Of a stretch of DNA of 64,000 nucleotides, positions 50,965-64,000 are shown in pieces. The notes below the pieces were generated by a model. The model saw only the letters and a program-made list of their open reading frames with translations. It made no database searches and was not told the DNA's origin. Origin of the DNA: Eledone cirrhosa. Lineage: Eukaryota. Each line of letters opens with the position of its first letter. The stretch's first letter is position 1. The position numbers were made by a program, and so were the translations under genes. The stretch lies in assembly GCA_964016885.1 (NCBI GenBank), contig OZ024764.1, positions 20,398,001 through 20,462,000 of the forward strand, in the 5' to 3' direction.

Positions 50965-51325
50965 AATTTATTCTCTACATTCATCAATCTCTCATAGTAA
51001 CATTTCCAGGCCTCTTTCTTTTGAGCATCAGTGGTGCTAAGTGTACCAGTGACATTTCTACCACACCTTTCCCTGTCTTGCAATGTGGAACACTTCACAC
51101 CTCTCATTCTCACGTCTCAAGACTTTGGCAAACTTTCTTTTTTCAGCCTCTCTCTGTGTTATGTATACCTGTCTTCTAGCTTCTCTCTTAGCTACCTGGT
51201 CCTGGTCTGACGCCCCTATTTTTCCTGTATTTCCATGCCTGTCACTTGTCTTTAACCCTTTATCATTTAAACTGGCCATATCCAGCCAGAATTCTCTCAC
51301 TTCTTTCTGTTCAAACCGGCTGTAA
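50965..51325 (-). mobile_element. RTE LINE linker-region fragment
   Basis: AKREARRQVY...AEKRKFAKV and KEAWKCYYERLMNVEN are typical of the RTE EN-RT linker. Confidence 0.65.
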
Positions 51326-51564
51326 CTCGCAGCTCATATTGATGTTAATGTATTTTCCTCAAAATAAGTAATATCAAAGTCTCATAGATTCAATATTATG
51401 TGAGATAAAGACTTTACCATGAAAACATAATAGTAAATATAGAGTAATGTAAATGCTACAGGGTTAATAGCTCTATCTACTGTGCTGTTTCACCACTAGG
51501 TCACCCTCTGTCTGGCTGGTACTTTGTTCCAGCCACAAGTCTTATCAATTATTCCAAAGAAATT

Positions 51565-51880
51565 GTCAATTATATATGTGTGTTTGTGGGTATTGAACAT
51601 TGAAAATAAAACAAAAGTCTGAGATATGGTTCATTGTTTTACAATTGTTTCAGAGGTTTGATTGATGATGGTAAATCAATATATTGATACAGTGTGATTG
51701 ATCAGGGATTTTGAGACTAGAAATAGTTAATGACATAACAACTACCTGTTTGTCAATATATCAATCTACCATGATCAATCAAACCTCTGAAATGATCGTA
51801 AAACAGTGAACTAATTAAGAACATATCTTTGTCTCTAGTTTTACTTTCATTGTTCAAAACACACACATATATATAAATGA
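51565..51880. repeat. Degenerate foldback element (~125-bp imperfect arms)
   Basis: TTTCAGAGGTTTGATTGAT pairs with ATCAATCAAACCTCTGAAA, and TATATGTGTG..TTGAACATTGAAA pairs with TTTCATTGTTCAA..CACACATATATA. The left end is also seen at 50885-50957. Confidence 0.7.
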
Positions 51881-52051
51881 CTCTGTAACTCTAGAAGAAT
51901 CTTTGAAGGAACCTTATGTGATGAGATCCTACTACAAAAACTATAACTTTCATCACCCAATCTTGTTGAAACCAGCTCTTCAAAGCTGCAATGGGTTCTA
52001 ACAATGTTATCGGTCTCCCTAAACACTGGAATACTAGTATATATATATATA

Positions 52052-53500
52052 TCATCATCATCATTTTACGTCCGTTTTTCCATGCTTGCAAGGGTGGGAC
52101 AGGTCCTATTCAGCACAGCATCTCTCCACTTGTCATCTCCTCGGTGAGTTTCAGCGTTCCGAGGTCTTCGCTCACCACCTCCGCCCATGTTTTATGTGGT
52201 CTACCTCTTCTGTGTCTTCCTATTACTGGGATTATTTGGCACTTCTTTACCCAGTGGTCACATGTCCATACCATCTCAGTCTTCTCTCCTGCACACCACA
52301 ACCTATCCCTCTTATACTCAGTTTCTTTCTCAACTCGTCTATGCTTGGTCGTTCACACACATTGATATTGCACATCCAACGGAGCATGCTTGCTTCACTC
52401 CAGCCGTCACATATCCTTTGCAGTTGCTGCCCATGTCTTACAACCATGCAGCATCGCACATTGGCATCATATAACCATACTTTCATGTGCAGGGAGAAAC
52501 CCTTCTTTGTCAACAGAGAAAGCAGCTCCCTAAACTTCTTCCAACCCGTCCTTATTCTAGATAATATGGTCTCGGAACCCCCCCCCCCCCATACTGATCT
52601 GATCACCTAGGTACCGGAAGCTATCAACCACATCTATAGAACCCACCTGTATTTGAAAAATGTGTTTATCACTGCGATTACTACTGCCAACTTTCCCTAT
52701 ACATCTACTGCACACATAGTTATCCCTACCTGTTGGTTTGTCTGCTATCCCACTACATCTCTTGTGTACATTTTATGGAATTTATGCCAGTTCCTTTCCC
52801 ACATATCGAACATGGCCATTTCCCTGATGGAATCAGAGTTTTGTCCTCTTTTCTACTCATCAACACTTTTGTTTAAGCTATGTTCACTCTCAGGCCTCTT
52901 GATTCCAACTGCTGTTTCCATTGCCAGAATTTATTATTATATAACCCCTCTACTGATTCACTGATTCTGCTATAAGAACCAGATCATCAGCATAGAGAAG
53001 TTCCCATGGGCATCCAGTCTTAAACTCCTCTGTTATGGCTTGGAGGCTTATAACGAGCAAGAGTGGGCTGAGGACCAAACCTTGATGTATACCTACTTGT
53101 ATCTGGAATTCCTCACTAAACTCCATTCCTACCCTCACTTTACTGACAGCACCCCTGTACATAGCTAGCACTGTCCTCACAAGCCATTCCTCTACACCTA
53201 GTTTCCTTAGGCACCACCAGATGACAGATCGGGGTACCCTAACAAAAGCTAAGTATAGAGACTTATTCTTCTCTAAGAACCTCTCTTGTAGTTACCTCAC
53301 TAAGAAGAGGGCTTCTGTTGTACTTTTCCGAGGCACAAAACCAAACTGCATCTCATCTAAATTGATCCTTTCTCTAATCAACTGCGCTAATATTCTCTCT
53401 GCCACTTTCATAACCAGATCCATCAGCTTTATGCCCCTATAATTGCTCCTCTCTAGAGCATCCCCTTTACCTTTGTAGCAATTTCTGAGAATACTGCTGT
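52052..53500 (-). mobile_element. RTE LINE RT and C-terminal fragments
   Basis: GIHQGLVLSPLL...ELLYADDLVLIAES, RRLRWYGHV, and a (GAT)n tail. Confidence 0.85.
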
Positions 53501-54949
53501 ACCTACATTATATGCTTTCATTATACCATTCTACTTAGATTATATATATTGCTTGTCATCATCATCATCATCGTTTAACGTCTACCTTCCACGCTGGCAT
53601 GGGTTTAGACGGGAATTGTCCTACTTGAGGCAAGATTGGTCGGGTGACCGTGTCTCACTTGTATAGGACTAGATGGCAGGTTTTCTATGGCTGGATATCC
53701 TTCCTAACACCAACCACGTTTACAGTGTGGACTGTGAGGTTTTACCATGTTACCGACACGGCCACATTACAGCGTGGACTGTGTGTTTTTTAGTCGTGAC
53801 ACCTACACGACCTCATTTATTTAGGACTGGATGTTGTGGTACCAACATAACTTTACAGAGAAAGGGAGGTGTTGATGGGGGTGGGGGTTGGGTAGTGGGA
53901 TGGGGGTGTATATTTAGTAAAGAGGTGCCTACTGACAGTAGGTTTTGCTTTGTACATAGGCAAGGCGAGTCTTCTGTATTACTGAGTAGCGCCAAAGATC
54001 TTGGTCCAGTGACATTGTCTTAATGTATATATATATATACTGAGATCCCACTACATCTCTTGTGTAGCCGTTGTTTGTATTTTGGACAGAGAATGGAATT
54101 TCTACCTCCACCTTTCTAGCACACTGAGCAAAGCCATTTTTCTGAGGGGATCAGGGCCCTGTTTTCCCTTCTACTGATACTTGGCTGGCTAACCTAGTCA
54201 TAGTCCTAAATAAATGAAGCACTGGTGGAGTCGTAGGGGTACTCTAAGTGACATACAGTATTTCTCGGGCATATTTTAAAACCTGATGGAGCCCATCACC
54301 TCTCTCGTTTGAACACAATTGAGATCTGAATAAAACTTCAAGTGAAATCAGATATTGTATGGATTCATATAGACTCGTAACTCCTGGTCTAAACACGGCC
54401 GATTTCTCCCAGAGAAAGATAGAAAAGAAGTAAGATAAAGATATAGAGGAACAATTGACTCCTACTAATAAAAAGATGGAGGTTAAACTGGTGTTGACAT
54501 GTCACCAGGAGAGGAGATAATAGCTATGTTAGAAAGTCCTATCAGAATGAATTTTTCACTAAACTGCCATAGATCAGACCTCTCTAGAGATAGAAGGATA
54601 ACATTTATAGAGCATGCTGGAATACCACTGTTTGCATTGGAGAGAATTACTCTGGACAGGAAAGTTAATATCTACAGTTTACCAATATAGAAATATAAAA
54701 TTTCCACTGTTAAATCTATCTCTGTTTCTTAAGTATTCTGTATTATCTCATACTGTTTCTTTCTTATTTCAGAATACCAGATCACATTGGGATAAATTAT
54801 TATTTTCAATCTCGGATACATCACCTCTATTTATCATCATTTGAAGACTATTAACAGAAATCACAGTTGAGGGAAATATAGAAGATATATTTTTTAGGAA
54901 TATAATCTAAAAATTATTACAAGTATATTCTGTTGGAGATGAAATTATT

Positions 54950-56644
54950 ATGGAAAATAAATTGAGTGAAAAGGTTAAATGCGAAACACAATCGAAAATG
55001 TTTAGTATTCCTGGTGAGATGACAAAGGTTGGAGAAGAGAAGCCATATCACTGCAATATCTGTTGTAAATCATTCAATATACGTAGTACCTTAACTACTC
55101 ACAAAGTTATACATACAGGAGACAAACCATATCACTGTAATATCTGTGCTAAATCATTCTCTGGGAAAAGTATCCTAACTAGTCACAGCCATTTACATAC
55201 AGGTGAGAAGCCATATCACTGTGAGATCTGTGGTAAATCATTCTCTCAAAGTAATGCCTTAACTAGCCACAAACGTACCCATACAGGAGACAAGCCATAC
55301 CACTGTGATATCTGTGGTAAACCATTCTCTCAAAGTAGTACCTTAACTAAACACAAACGTACCCATACAGGAGACAAGCCATACCACTGTGATATCTGTG
55401 GTAAATCATTCTCTCAAAGTAGTCACTTAACAAGACACATACATACCCATACAGGAGACAAGGCATACCACTGTGACATCTGTGGTAAATCATTCACTGA
55501 AAGTAATGCCTTAACTACCCACAAACGTATACATCCGGGAGACATGCCATATCACTGTGACATCTGTGGTAAATCATTCTCTCAAAGTAGTCACTTAACA
55601 AGACACATACATACCCATACAGGAGACAAGCCATACCACTGTGATATCTGTAGTAAATCATTCTCTCAAAGTAGTCACTTAACAAGACACATACATACCC
55701 ATACAGGAGACAAGGCATACCACTGTGACATCTGTGGTAAATCATTCACTGAAAGTAATGCCTTAACTACCCGCAAACGTATACATCCAGGAGACATGCC
55801 ATATCACTGTGACATCTGTGGTAAATCATTCTCTGAAAGTTGTAAGTTAACTATCCACAAACGTATACATACAGGAGACAAGCCATATCACTGTGATATC
55901 TGTGGTAAATCATTCTCTCAAAGTCAAATCTTAACTACACACAAACGTACCCATACAGGAGACAAGCCATATCACTGTGATATCTGTGGTAAATCATTCT
56001 CTTTAAATAGTACCTTAACTAGACACAAACGAATACATACAGGAGACAAGCCATATCACTGTGATATCTGTGGTAAATCATTCTCTGTAAGTAGTCACTT
56101 AACTAGCCACAAACATACCCATACAGGAGACAAGCCATATCACTGTGATATCTGTGGTAAATCATTCTATTTAAATAGTACCTTAACTAGACACAAACGT
56201 ACCCATACAGGAGACAAGCCATATCAATGTGATATCTGTGGTAAATCTTTCTCTGATAGTGATACCTTAACTAGCCACAAACGTATACATACAGGAGACA
56301 AGCCATACCACTGTGATATCTGTGGTAAATCATTCTCTCAAAGAAGTCACTTAACTAGCCACAAACGTATACATACAAGAGACAAGCCATATCACTGTGA
56401 TATCTGTGGTAAATCATTCTCTGTAAATGGTACCTTAACTAGACACAAACGAATACATACAGGAGACAAGCCATATCACTGTGATATCTGTGGTAAATCA
56501 TTCTCTCAAAGTAGTACCTTAACTAGCCACAAACGTACCCATACAGGTGAGAAGCCATATCACTGTGATATCTGTGGTATATCATTCTCTGGGAAAAGTA
56601 GCCTAACTACTCACAAACTCATACATGCAGGAGAGAAATCTTAA
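54950..56644 (+). CDS. Tandem C2H2 zinc-finger protein, 19 fingers, paralogue of 13917-15938
   Basis: 564-aa ORF with a homologous N-terminus (MENKLSE..CETQ) and C-terminus ([15 protein letters not shown]). Finger 9 has H->R. Confidence 0.95.
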   Translation: MENKLSEKVKCETQSKMFSIPGEMTKVGEEKPYHCNICCKSFNIRSTLTTHKVIHTGDKPYHCNICAKSFSGKSILTSHSHLHTGEKPYHCEICGKSFSQSNALTSHKRTHTGDKPYHCDICGKPFSQSSTLTKHKRTHTGDKPYHCDICGKSFSQSSHLTRHIHTHTGDKAYHCDICGKSFTESNALTTHKRIHPGDMPYHCDICGKSFSQSSHLTRHIHTHTGDKPYHCDICSKSFSQSSHLTRHIHTHTGDKAYHCDICGKSFTESNALTTRKRIHPGDMPYHCDICGKSFSESCKLTIHKRIHTGDKPYHCDICGKSFSQSQILTTHKRTHTGDKPYHCDICGKSFSLNSTLTRHKRIHTGDKPYHCDICGKSFSVSSHLTSHKHTHTGDKPYHCDICGKSFYLNSTLTRHKRTHTGDKPYQCDICGKSFSDSDTLTSHKRIHTGDKPYHCDICGKSFSQRSHLTSHKRIHTRDKPYHCDICGKSFSVNGTLTRHKRIHTGDKPYHCDICGKSFSQSSTLTSHKRTHTGEKPYHCDICGISFSGKSSLTTHKLIHAGEKS

Positions 56645-57042
56645 TGCATTGACATCAGTGATAAATCCTCTCAAAATTGTGAATTAATGAGAATACCAAT
56701 ATATATCAGTGTAATATCTCTGGTAAATCATTCTCTTTCAATGCTACATTAACTTCCCACAAACATATACAGGTGGGAAGCCATATCACTTTGATATGTT
56801 TGGAAAATATATCTTTTAATGCAGCAATTTAACTTAATATATGCATAGATGAGGGAAACCATATCATCATCATCATCATCATTTTACGTCCACGTTTCCC
56901 TGCTTGCAAGGGTGGGATGGGTCCTATTCAGCAAAGCATCTCTCCACTTGTCGCGGTTCTTCGTCATCTCCACCGTGAGCTTCAAACGTCTGCTCTTGTC
57001 ACCTCCACCCATGTAAATCATTTTCTAATTTTGGTTTCACTA

Positions 57043-57570
<528 letters not shown>

Positions 57571-58039
57571 TCTTGTAAAGGTTACTTGATGCAACCCAAA
57601 CACAATCAGACAAGATAAAAACCATGTCACTCACCTAAAATAGTGCCACCATTGTTGTTAATATCTTGAATAAAACTGTTTTACTAAGAAATTCTTCTTT
57701 CATTTCATTTGTAGAAGTTGTAACCAAGACTTGTGCTGACAAAGCTGTATTGTTCAGAATTGACATATGCTATATATATGTGAATGTATGAGTGTAGAAA
57801 TTTGTGTCCATGTGTATGTTTGTTTATAAGTATGTGCATATCATCATCATCATCATCATACGTCCGCTTTTCCCTGCTTGCAAGGGTGGGACTGAACTGA
57901 TTCTGGCTTGATTTCTACAGCTGGATGCCCTTCCTAACACCAACCTCATTTACAGTGAGTGCTGGGTGCTTTTTTGCCGTGGGACCTCCACGACCACTTT
58001 ACAGTGGAATGATATGGACCCCAGTCCCTATATTCTCAT

Positions 58040-58168
58040 TTCTACAGCTGAGTAAACTGGAGCAATGTGAAATAAAGTGTCTTGCTCAAGGAAACAACAC
58101 ATCACACGGTCTGAGAATTGAACTCACAACCTTTCGATTGCAAGCCCAATGCTCTAACCACTAAGCCA
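58040..58168 (-). mobile_element. tRNA-derived SINE 5' part
   Basis: Homologous to 712-851 and 1490-1603. Confidence 0.75.
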
Positions 58169-58190
58169 TATATATATTATATATATATTA

Positions 58191-58378
58191 CTAGCAGAAT
58201 GGCCCGGAGATCGCTAAATTACCTAATGTGGTCCCTGGGGCATTGAAAATTTGAAATTTTTTTAATCAAAACATTCACAGGACCATAAGTATTATATGTG
58301 TAAAGTTTAAAAACAATCGGTTGGGTGGTTCTTTTAGGGAGTCAGAGAGACAGACATTCTCTGTTTTAGATATATAGA
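58191..58378 (-). mobile_element. Short non-autonomous Helitron (paralogue of 1624-1817)
   Basis: A|CTAG...TATATAGA|T. Confidence 0.7.
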
Positions 58379-59275
58379 TATATATATTATATTATATATA
58401 TATGTTATATATATTATATTATAGTATTAAGGATACTATTTATGGTTATGTATCTAATAAAACCTTTTATAGTTATATATATTTTAAACCCTAAATAGTG
58501 AAAGACAGTAATTCATTACTATCTTATTACCAGTAAGATAAATAGCTCAATGTAACAACATCAGTTGTTTTACAGAGCAGTTATATAGAAATTACATGAA
58601 TCAAAGTTCAGTTTAAATCATTAACTTTAATTTTGTCCTTTAATATGACTGTATTCTTTGTATGTAAATTGCCATGCTATATTATTATGATGGATGTCAA
58701 CCCACTGTGGGTCAATATATACATATGTTTTTATATGTGTCCCTTTACGATCTGAGTTCAAATCCCGCCGAGGTTGACTTTGCCTTTCATCCTTACGGGG
58801 TCGATAAAATAAAGTACCAGTGAGGCACTGGGTAGTTGCTGGCCTTGTGCCTAAAGTAGAAACAATTATATTATATATATATATATATATATATGTTATA
58901 TATATTATATGATATATATATATTATATTATATATATGTTATATATATTATATGACATATATATGTTATATATATTATATATAATATATATATATCAACC
59001 CACACTATAACGTGGACATGTAGGCACCACGGAAGAAAAGTACCCAGCACTCACTGTAAATGAGGTTGGTGTTAGGAAGTGCATCCAGCTGTAGAAATCA
59101 AGCCAGAATCAGTTCCCGTATGAGCAAGACAAGGTCAGCTAACCGGACACTGCCCACAACCCGTCTAACCCATGCTAGCATAGAAGAATGGATGTAAAAC
59201 AGTGATGATATATCTATACATATATATATATATAATATATATATATATATATCATATATTATATATGTATATATA

Positions 59276-60134
59276 CAGGGTGCGTACGATATTTGTTCGC
59301 AAGATTACTATCTAGGAAAAAGTAACACAGTTGTTTAAGATATATTTATCAAACTTGGGTCAGTTTGTCTTCATGACTTGTTCTTTCAATCTCACTAGAT
59401 AAACCCGCCATTGGCTTTGATGACGGCCTCGAAACCGGCTACAGGCCTTCGTCACTGTCCCCCAACTTAGGCCCCTAAGGGCACTTGTGATCCTGGCCTT
59501 CAGATCGTCTTTCGTATTGCAGCTGGATCTGTTGCTGTCTCGTTCCACTGTGCCCCACACAAAGAAGTCGAAGGGGTTGCAGTCAGGCTAGCTGGGAGGC
59601 CAGATGTCAGGGGAGGTGAGGTCGACGAAGTTCTCTGACAGCCAGGCTTGGACCTTTCGGCTGGTATGGCAGGGTGCTGACTCTTGCTGCCACACGTACG
59701 GCCTACCTGCAGCTACCTGGTCGATCCAGGGCTTTACTACCTCGCTCAGAACGCGAATGTAGCCATCTGTGTTCAGCTTGAGACCCTCAGGGAAGCAGTC
59801 AGGTGGCATTACGTCACCTTGACTGGTGACGACACCTAAGACCAATGTTGTCGCTGGAAACTTTATCTGCATGACTCCGGGCACGTCTTTGGATGAGACA
59901 GCGAGCCACCTGTTGTTCTGGGAGTTTATCTTCTGGCTTGTTTGTCTTCCCGGCGCTGATTCCAAGAAGAACTCTGTGTCTCTTCCTTAAATTTGGAGGT
60001 TCAAAATTATTTAGCATCAATATTCTGAAAATAAATAATGGAAATATAGTCACTGTTTTTATGAGGACAAGAGTGACAACGGAAGTAAAAAAAATTAGCA
60101 GTTGAAAATTGCGACCAAATATCGTCCACACCTG
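59276..60134 (-). mobile_element. Internally deleted DD37D Tc1/mariner (paralogue of 2224-3095)
   Basis: TA|CAGGGTGCGTACGATATTTGTTCGCA ... TGCGACCAAATATCGTCCACACCTG|TA, with transposase motifs and the same stop. Confidence 0.9.
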
Positions 60135-61695
60135 TACATATATATATCATATATACATACATATATATATATATATACATATATATTCATTGATGTCCTC
60201 TCTTTAAGACTTTGATTCAATCTTATATATCGTCTTGCAGACTAAATAGGGGGTATTGTATTGACCTACATTCCGAGGGCTCATGGATACATTCTCTGTA
60301 CGTTGTTTGGCTCAGTTCAGCCAATCGTTACCAGCTTAGGAAAATGTATCTCGACCTCCGTCCAGAAGGAAAAATTCCCGCGGAGATTCGAAACTCTCTC
60401 TTTTGCAGTTCGACACCGTGAAGGTAAACATCTCTTGCTTTCGTTCCTCAAGCATAGACAATATGTAGCAACAGATATCACTACAGGTCTGGCTAACGCC
60501 TCAGCCAGTTGACCGTACGTCTTTAAATCTTTATAACCTTTTTATTGATAACATTAACTATCCTCTCAAGAGACATTCTTCTAACCTTTGTAATCTGTAA
60601 ATAAATTATATATAAACAATTATAAAGTCGTACGATGCTATTTTCCACAACATTGCTTTTAACATCTTCAATGGTGACTTCCGTCATACAATACACAAAT
60701 TCGCAACACAAACATCTACTAACGTAAGAGTTTAAAGAAATAAAAGTCTGTAATGGATAATTTCACTGCTATTTCTAGCAGTCAGAGACACTACGTCGAT
60801 ATATAATTGATATTTTACTGAGTGATACCTTTTCATTTACTATCGATTAAATACGATTGGAACTGTCTGAATGTATTAAATTATATCAGGGACTTTTAAC
60901 TAATGACACCGGTAAGGGAGTTAAATCATTTCCAACGATATCGAGTACCTGCTGTCTTAATCTAATTATATCTTGTGTAACAATTATATATATATATATA
61001 CACACAATTTTAATTCCGCGACATCAGTCTTACACTGTCATATCTATTCTTACTTTACAATTGTGTCTACTAAGAGTTCCATTACAATCTGTAGTAGTAA
61101 AACTACTATTTCACCAGAACATCTGCTATCAGTCAATTATAGACAATATATATATTTTAGACCACATATCAACCTAATATATATATATTTCCTATCAAAT
61201 CTGTAGCTAAAGACATAAAGTCAGCCTCACTACTTCATTCTGACAAGATATCAATTTATGACTAAAGATGAAGAAGATACACCACCGTTAATGTCGTGAA
61301 ATAAAGCTGATAACATTGAAACTTCTAATTTGATAACAAAGAGATTATTTCTTTGGTTGTTTAGTAACAACTAACAACACAATACATTGATTATATGTGA
61401 AGGAGGTAAGTTGACAAAGATGTACTTAATGTCGATATTAATGTGTGTAAATAATATAATTATGTGACCCCTACAACGATCCATTAATTAACCAGATTCC
61501 ACTGTTACATGTGATATAAAATATATTGTTATCATGACTGTCTTTATTATTTAAAATACCTCCGTCTATATTTCAACCACTGGAACAACCTCAAACAAGA
61601 AACAGTTGTCACCCTCAGTCAACATTTTAATGTCAAACATCGAGATAAATGTTGTGAGTGTATATAGGTAGATGTATGTTGTGTGTATATATATA

Positions 61696-62280
61696 CAGTA
61701 ATCCCCCGCTATATCGCGGTTCACTTTTCGCGGCCCCGTTACATCGCGGATATTTCTTTGGAACGTATCTAATTTCCTATCGCGGTAATCCTCGCCACAT
61801 CGCGGATTATTCGTTAGAACATATCTATTTTCTTATCGTGGTATGTCTGAATAAAAAGTATTTAAATTTTAAACATATTAAATAAGTTTCAATGTTATTA
61901 AAGTGTATATCGTAAGGAAGGGACATCTTAAGGTTTTAACTATGAACAAATGTTTTTATTTTTCATTTCATTACTGTTTTACTGATTGTGTTTTGCTCTA
62001 ATCTGCTACAAACCCTTCATAGATTGACGGGAGATGTGCAGTGTATTACCAAGTGGCTACCGTAACTGGCAATGGTCCTCATTGGTAACTAGTGGTATGA
62101 TGGTTGATGGTAGTTTCTAGAAGATCGTTACTGGCTGTTTTTGGTGTTTAAATACAAAAGTGTGTTTTAATAAGTTTATATGTACTTAAAGCATGTAGGA
62201 GAGGTATTTTAAGGCTTAAACTAAGAAAACAACGGTTGTCTTTATGGTCTCTATATCACGGTTGGTTCTGGAACTTATCA
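61696..62280 (+). mobile_element. pogo/Tigger-like non-autonomous element, truncated
   Basis: TA|CAGTAATCCCCCGCTATATCGCGG terminus. Paralogue of 10326-10726. Confidence 0.55.
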
Positions 62281-62644
62281 TAGCTTAGTGGTTAAAGCAT
62301 TGGGCTTGCAATTGACAACATCATATATAGTGTGTATAAGCTGTACATAGTGTATATATATTGTGATGTTACTGGTGCCAAGCTGTATCAGCCATTGCCT
62401 TTCCCTAGGACAACGTCATATATACTGTAAATAGTAAATATATAATATATATATATATATAGTGTATATATACTGTACGTAGTGTATATATATATATAGT
62501 ATATATATTGTGACGTCACTGGTGCCAAGCTGTATCAGCCATTGCCTTTCCCTTGGACAACATCATATATAGTGTATAATATATACATTACATAGTGTAT
62601 ATATAATATATATATAGTGTATATATACTGTATAAAGTGTATAG

Positions 62645-63605
62645 TTTTTAACTGGTTGAAATCCTTCATTCTCAGTCGAAGAGAGGTAGTCACGGTTCTA
62701 GAACAGCATTCTTCACTGTATGAGATGTCATCTGGTTTACCACAGGGATCTGTTCTTGGACCCCTTTTGTTTGTTGCATATGTAGTGTGTGTATCCTTAG
62801 TATTTGTTATTCCTCTCAAGGACTGCTGCTTCGGTCTCTATTGTCTGGTGGTGTAGTCTGTGGCCGAGAAGGTGAGGGCCAGGAGAGAGCGATAGAGTAA
62901 AAGGTCCGTAGACGCCAGTAGAAGTCTGTAGACCCCAAGAGGTCTGTAGAACGTGAATGTTTCACATCATTATTCTCTCAAGCACTGCTGCTTCGTGGTC
63001 TGGCTGCTGGATTCCCTTTGTACTTGTATTTATAATAACCCTATAGCTAGAAGAATGTGTATAAGGGGTTAATTTATGAGTAGCCATGTGAGTTTCAGCT
63101 ATCTTGAAGCTGGAGTCACAGGTCAAGTGGCATGTATGTTTATCATTGTTGTCTCTTGACAGGATAATGGTGGGAAACTCGCAACAATAGGTGGTCCCAG
63201 ATGCGAGAACTCATAGATTCGGTTTCGAATCTTCGCCAGGTGATTTATAGGAGAATTCCATTACACATATATTAATGACATAGATGGCAACTTAAAGTAT
63301 GTCACAGTACTGAAATATGCAGATGACATCAAGCTGTCCCTTGAGATAAAAAGGACAGATCTTGAACACTATAGATCTGGACACAATGCAGCAATGGATC
63401 ACAGACTGGCAACTCAAGCTATGGTGCAGCCACACTAAGAATTTGCATCACCTGTCTGGAACCCCTATCTTGCTCAGAACATTGACCTCCTGGAAATTGT
63501 TTAGGGACATGCAACCAAGTGAATACCCTCCATCAAGCATCTACCATACTCTGAATACCTTGCCTCCCTGGGTATGGATACATTGAAGGTCTGACGTCTG
63601 GAACT
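62645..63605 (+). mobile_element. CR1/L2-group LINE RT fragment interrupted by a solo LTR
   Basis: SSGLPQGSVLGPLLFVAY|INDIDG...LKYADDIKL, plus a 3' part homologous to 6900-7050. Confidence 0.85.
62781..63265. mobile_element. Solo LTR (485 bp)
   Basis: TGTAGTG...CATTACA termini with 4-bp TSD CATA. Removing it restores the LINE codons GTT GCA TAT ATT AAT GAC (VAYIND). Confidence 0.85.
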
Positions 63606-64000
63606 TGCTACTTATTACACCTGAGCATCGGCCACTTATAAAATCTACTTTCTTAGATAGCTGGCCTGTGTTCCCAGTACGTCTGTTATGTACCCATAGT
63701 TTGTATTTGGGACATAAAATGGAATTTCTACCTACTCCTTTCCTACACACTGAACATGGCCATTTCCCAGAGAGCACCTGTGCCCTATTTTCCTTCCTAC
63801 AAACTAGAACTTTAATCTTAGACAAGTTAACTTTAAGGCCATTTGATTCTAGGCCATGCTTCCATGTTTGGAATTTCTGATCTAGTTCAGCTGTTAGATC
63901 ATCTGCATATAGAAGTTCCCATGGGCAGCCAGTCTTAAACTCTGTTTTAGCCTGAAGGACAATAATAAATAGGAGGGGGCTAAGGACTGAGCTTTGATGA
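63606..64000 (-). mobile_element. RTE LINE RT-region fragment, running off the window
   Basis: GCPWELLYADDL and SGKWPCSVCRKGVGRNSILC on the minus strand. Confidence 0.8.

Overview
Eukaryotic, AT-rich and repeat-dense DNA. It is most likely from an octopus or other coleoid cephalopod; this is inferred from the effector-less C2H2 genes with [16 protein letters not shown] units and from the SINE/RTE types. The window covers part of a tandem cluster of zinc-finger genes: the 3' tail of an off-window paralogue (1-~350), a 23-finger ORF (13917-15938) and a 19-finger ORF (54950-56644). These sit in segmentally duplicated units whose flanks align closely. Between the two genes is a ~27.2 kb array of a 40-bp satellite (~680 copies, with higher-order structure). 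The array lies entirely inside one non-autonomous hAT-type DNA transposon (22059-49959; perfect 14-bp TIRs; 8-bp TSD ATCTACAC). Other content: a 5.65 kb Helitron-like insertion (A|TC...CTAG|T) absent from two paralogous sites, a 78-80 bp zinc-finger-derived non-coding minisatellite after each gene, two DD37D Tc1/mariner relics, small Helitrons, RTE and CR1-like LINE fragments, tRNA-derived SINEs, a solo LTR, several foldback inverted repeats and minisatellites. There is no CRISPR array, rRNA or genuine tRNA. All alignments and counts were made by eye.
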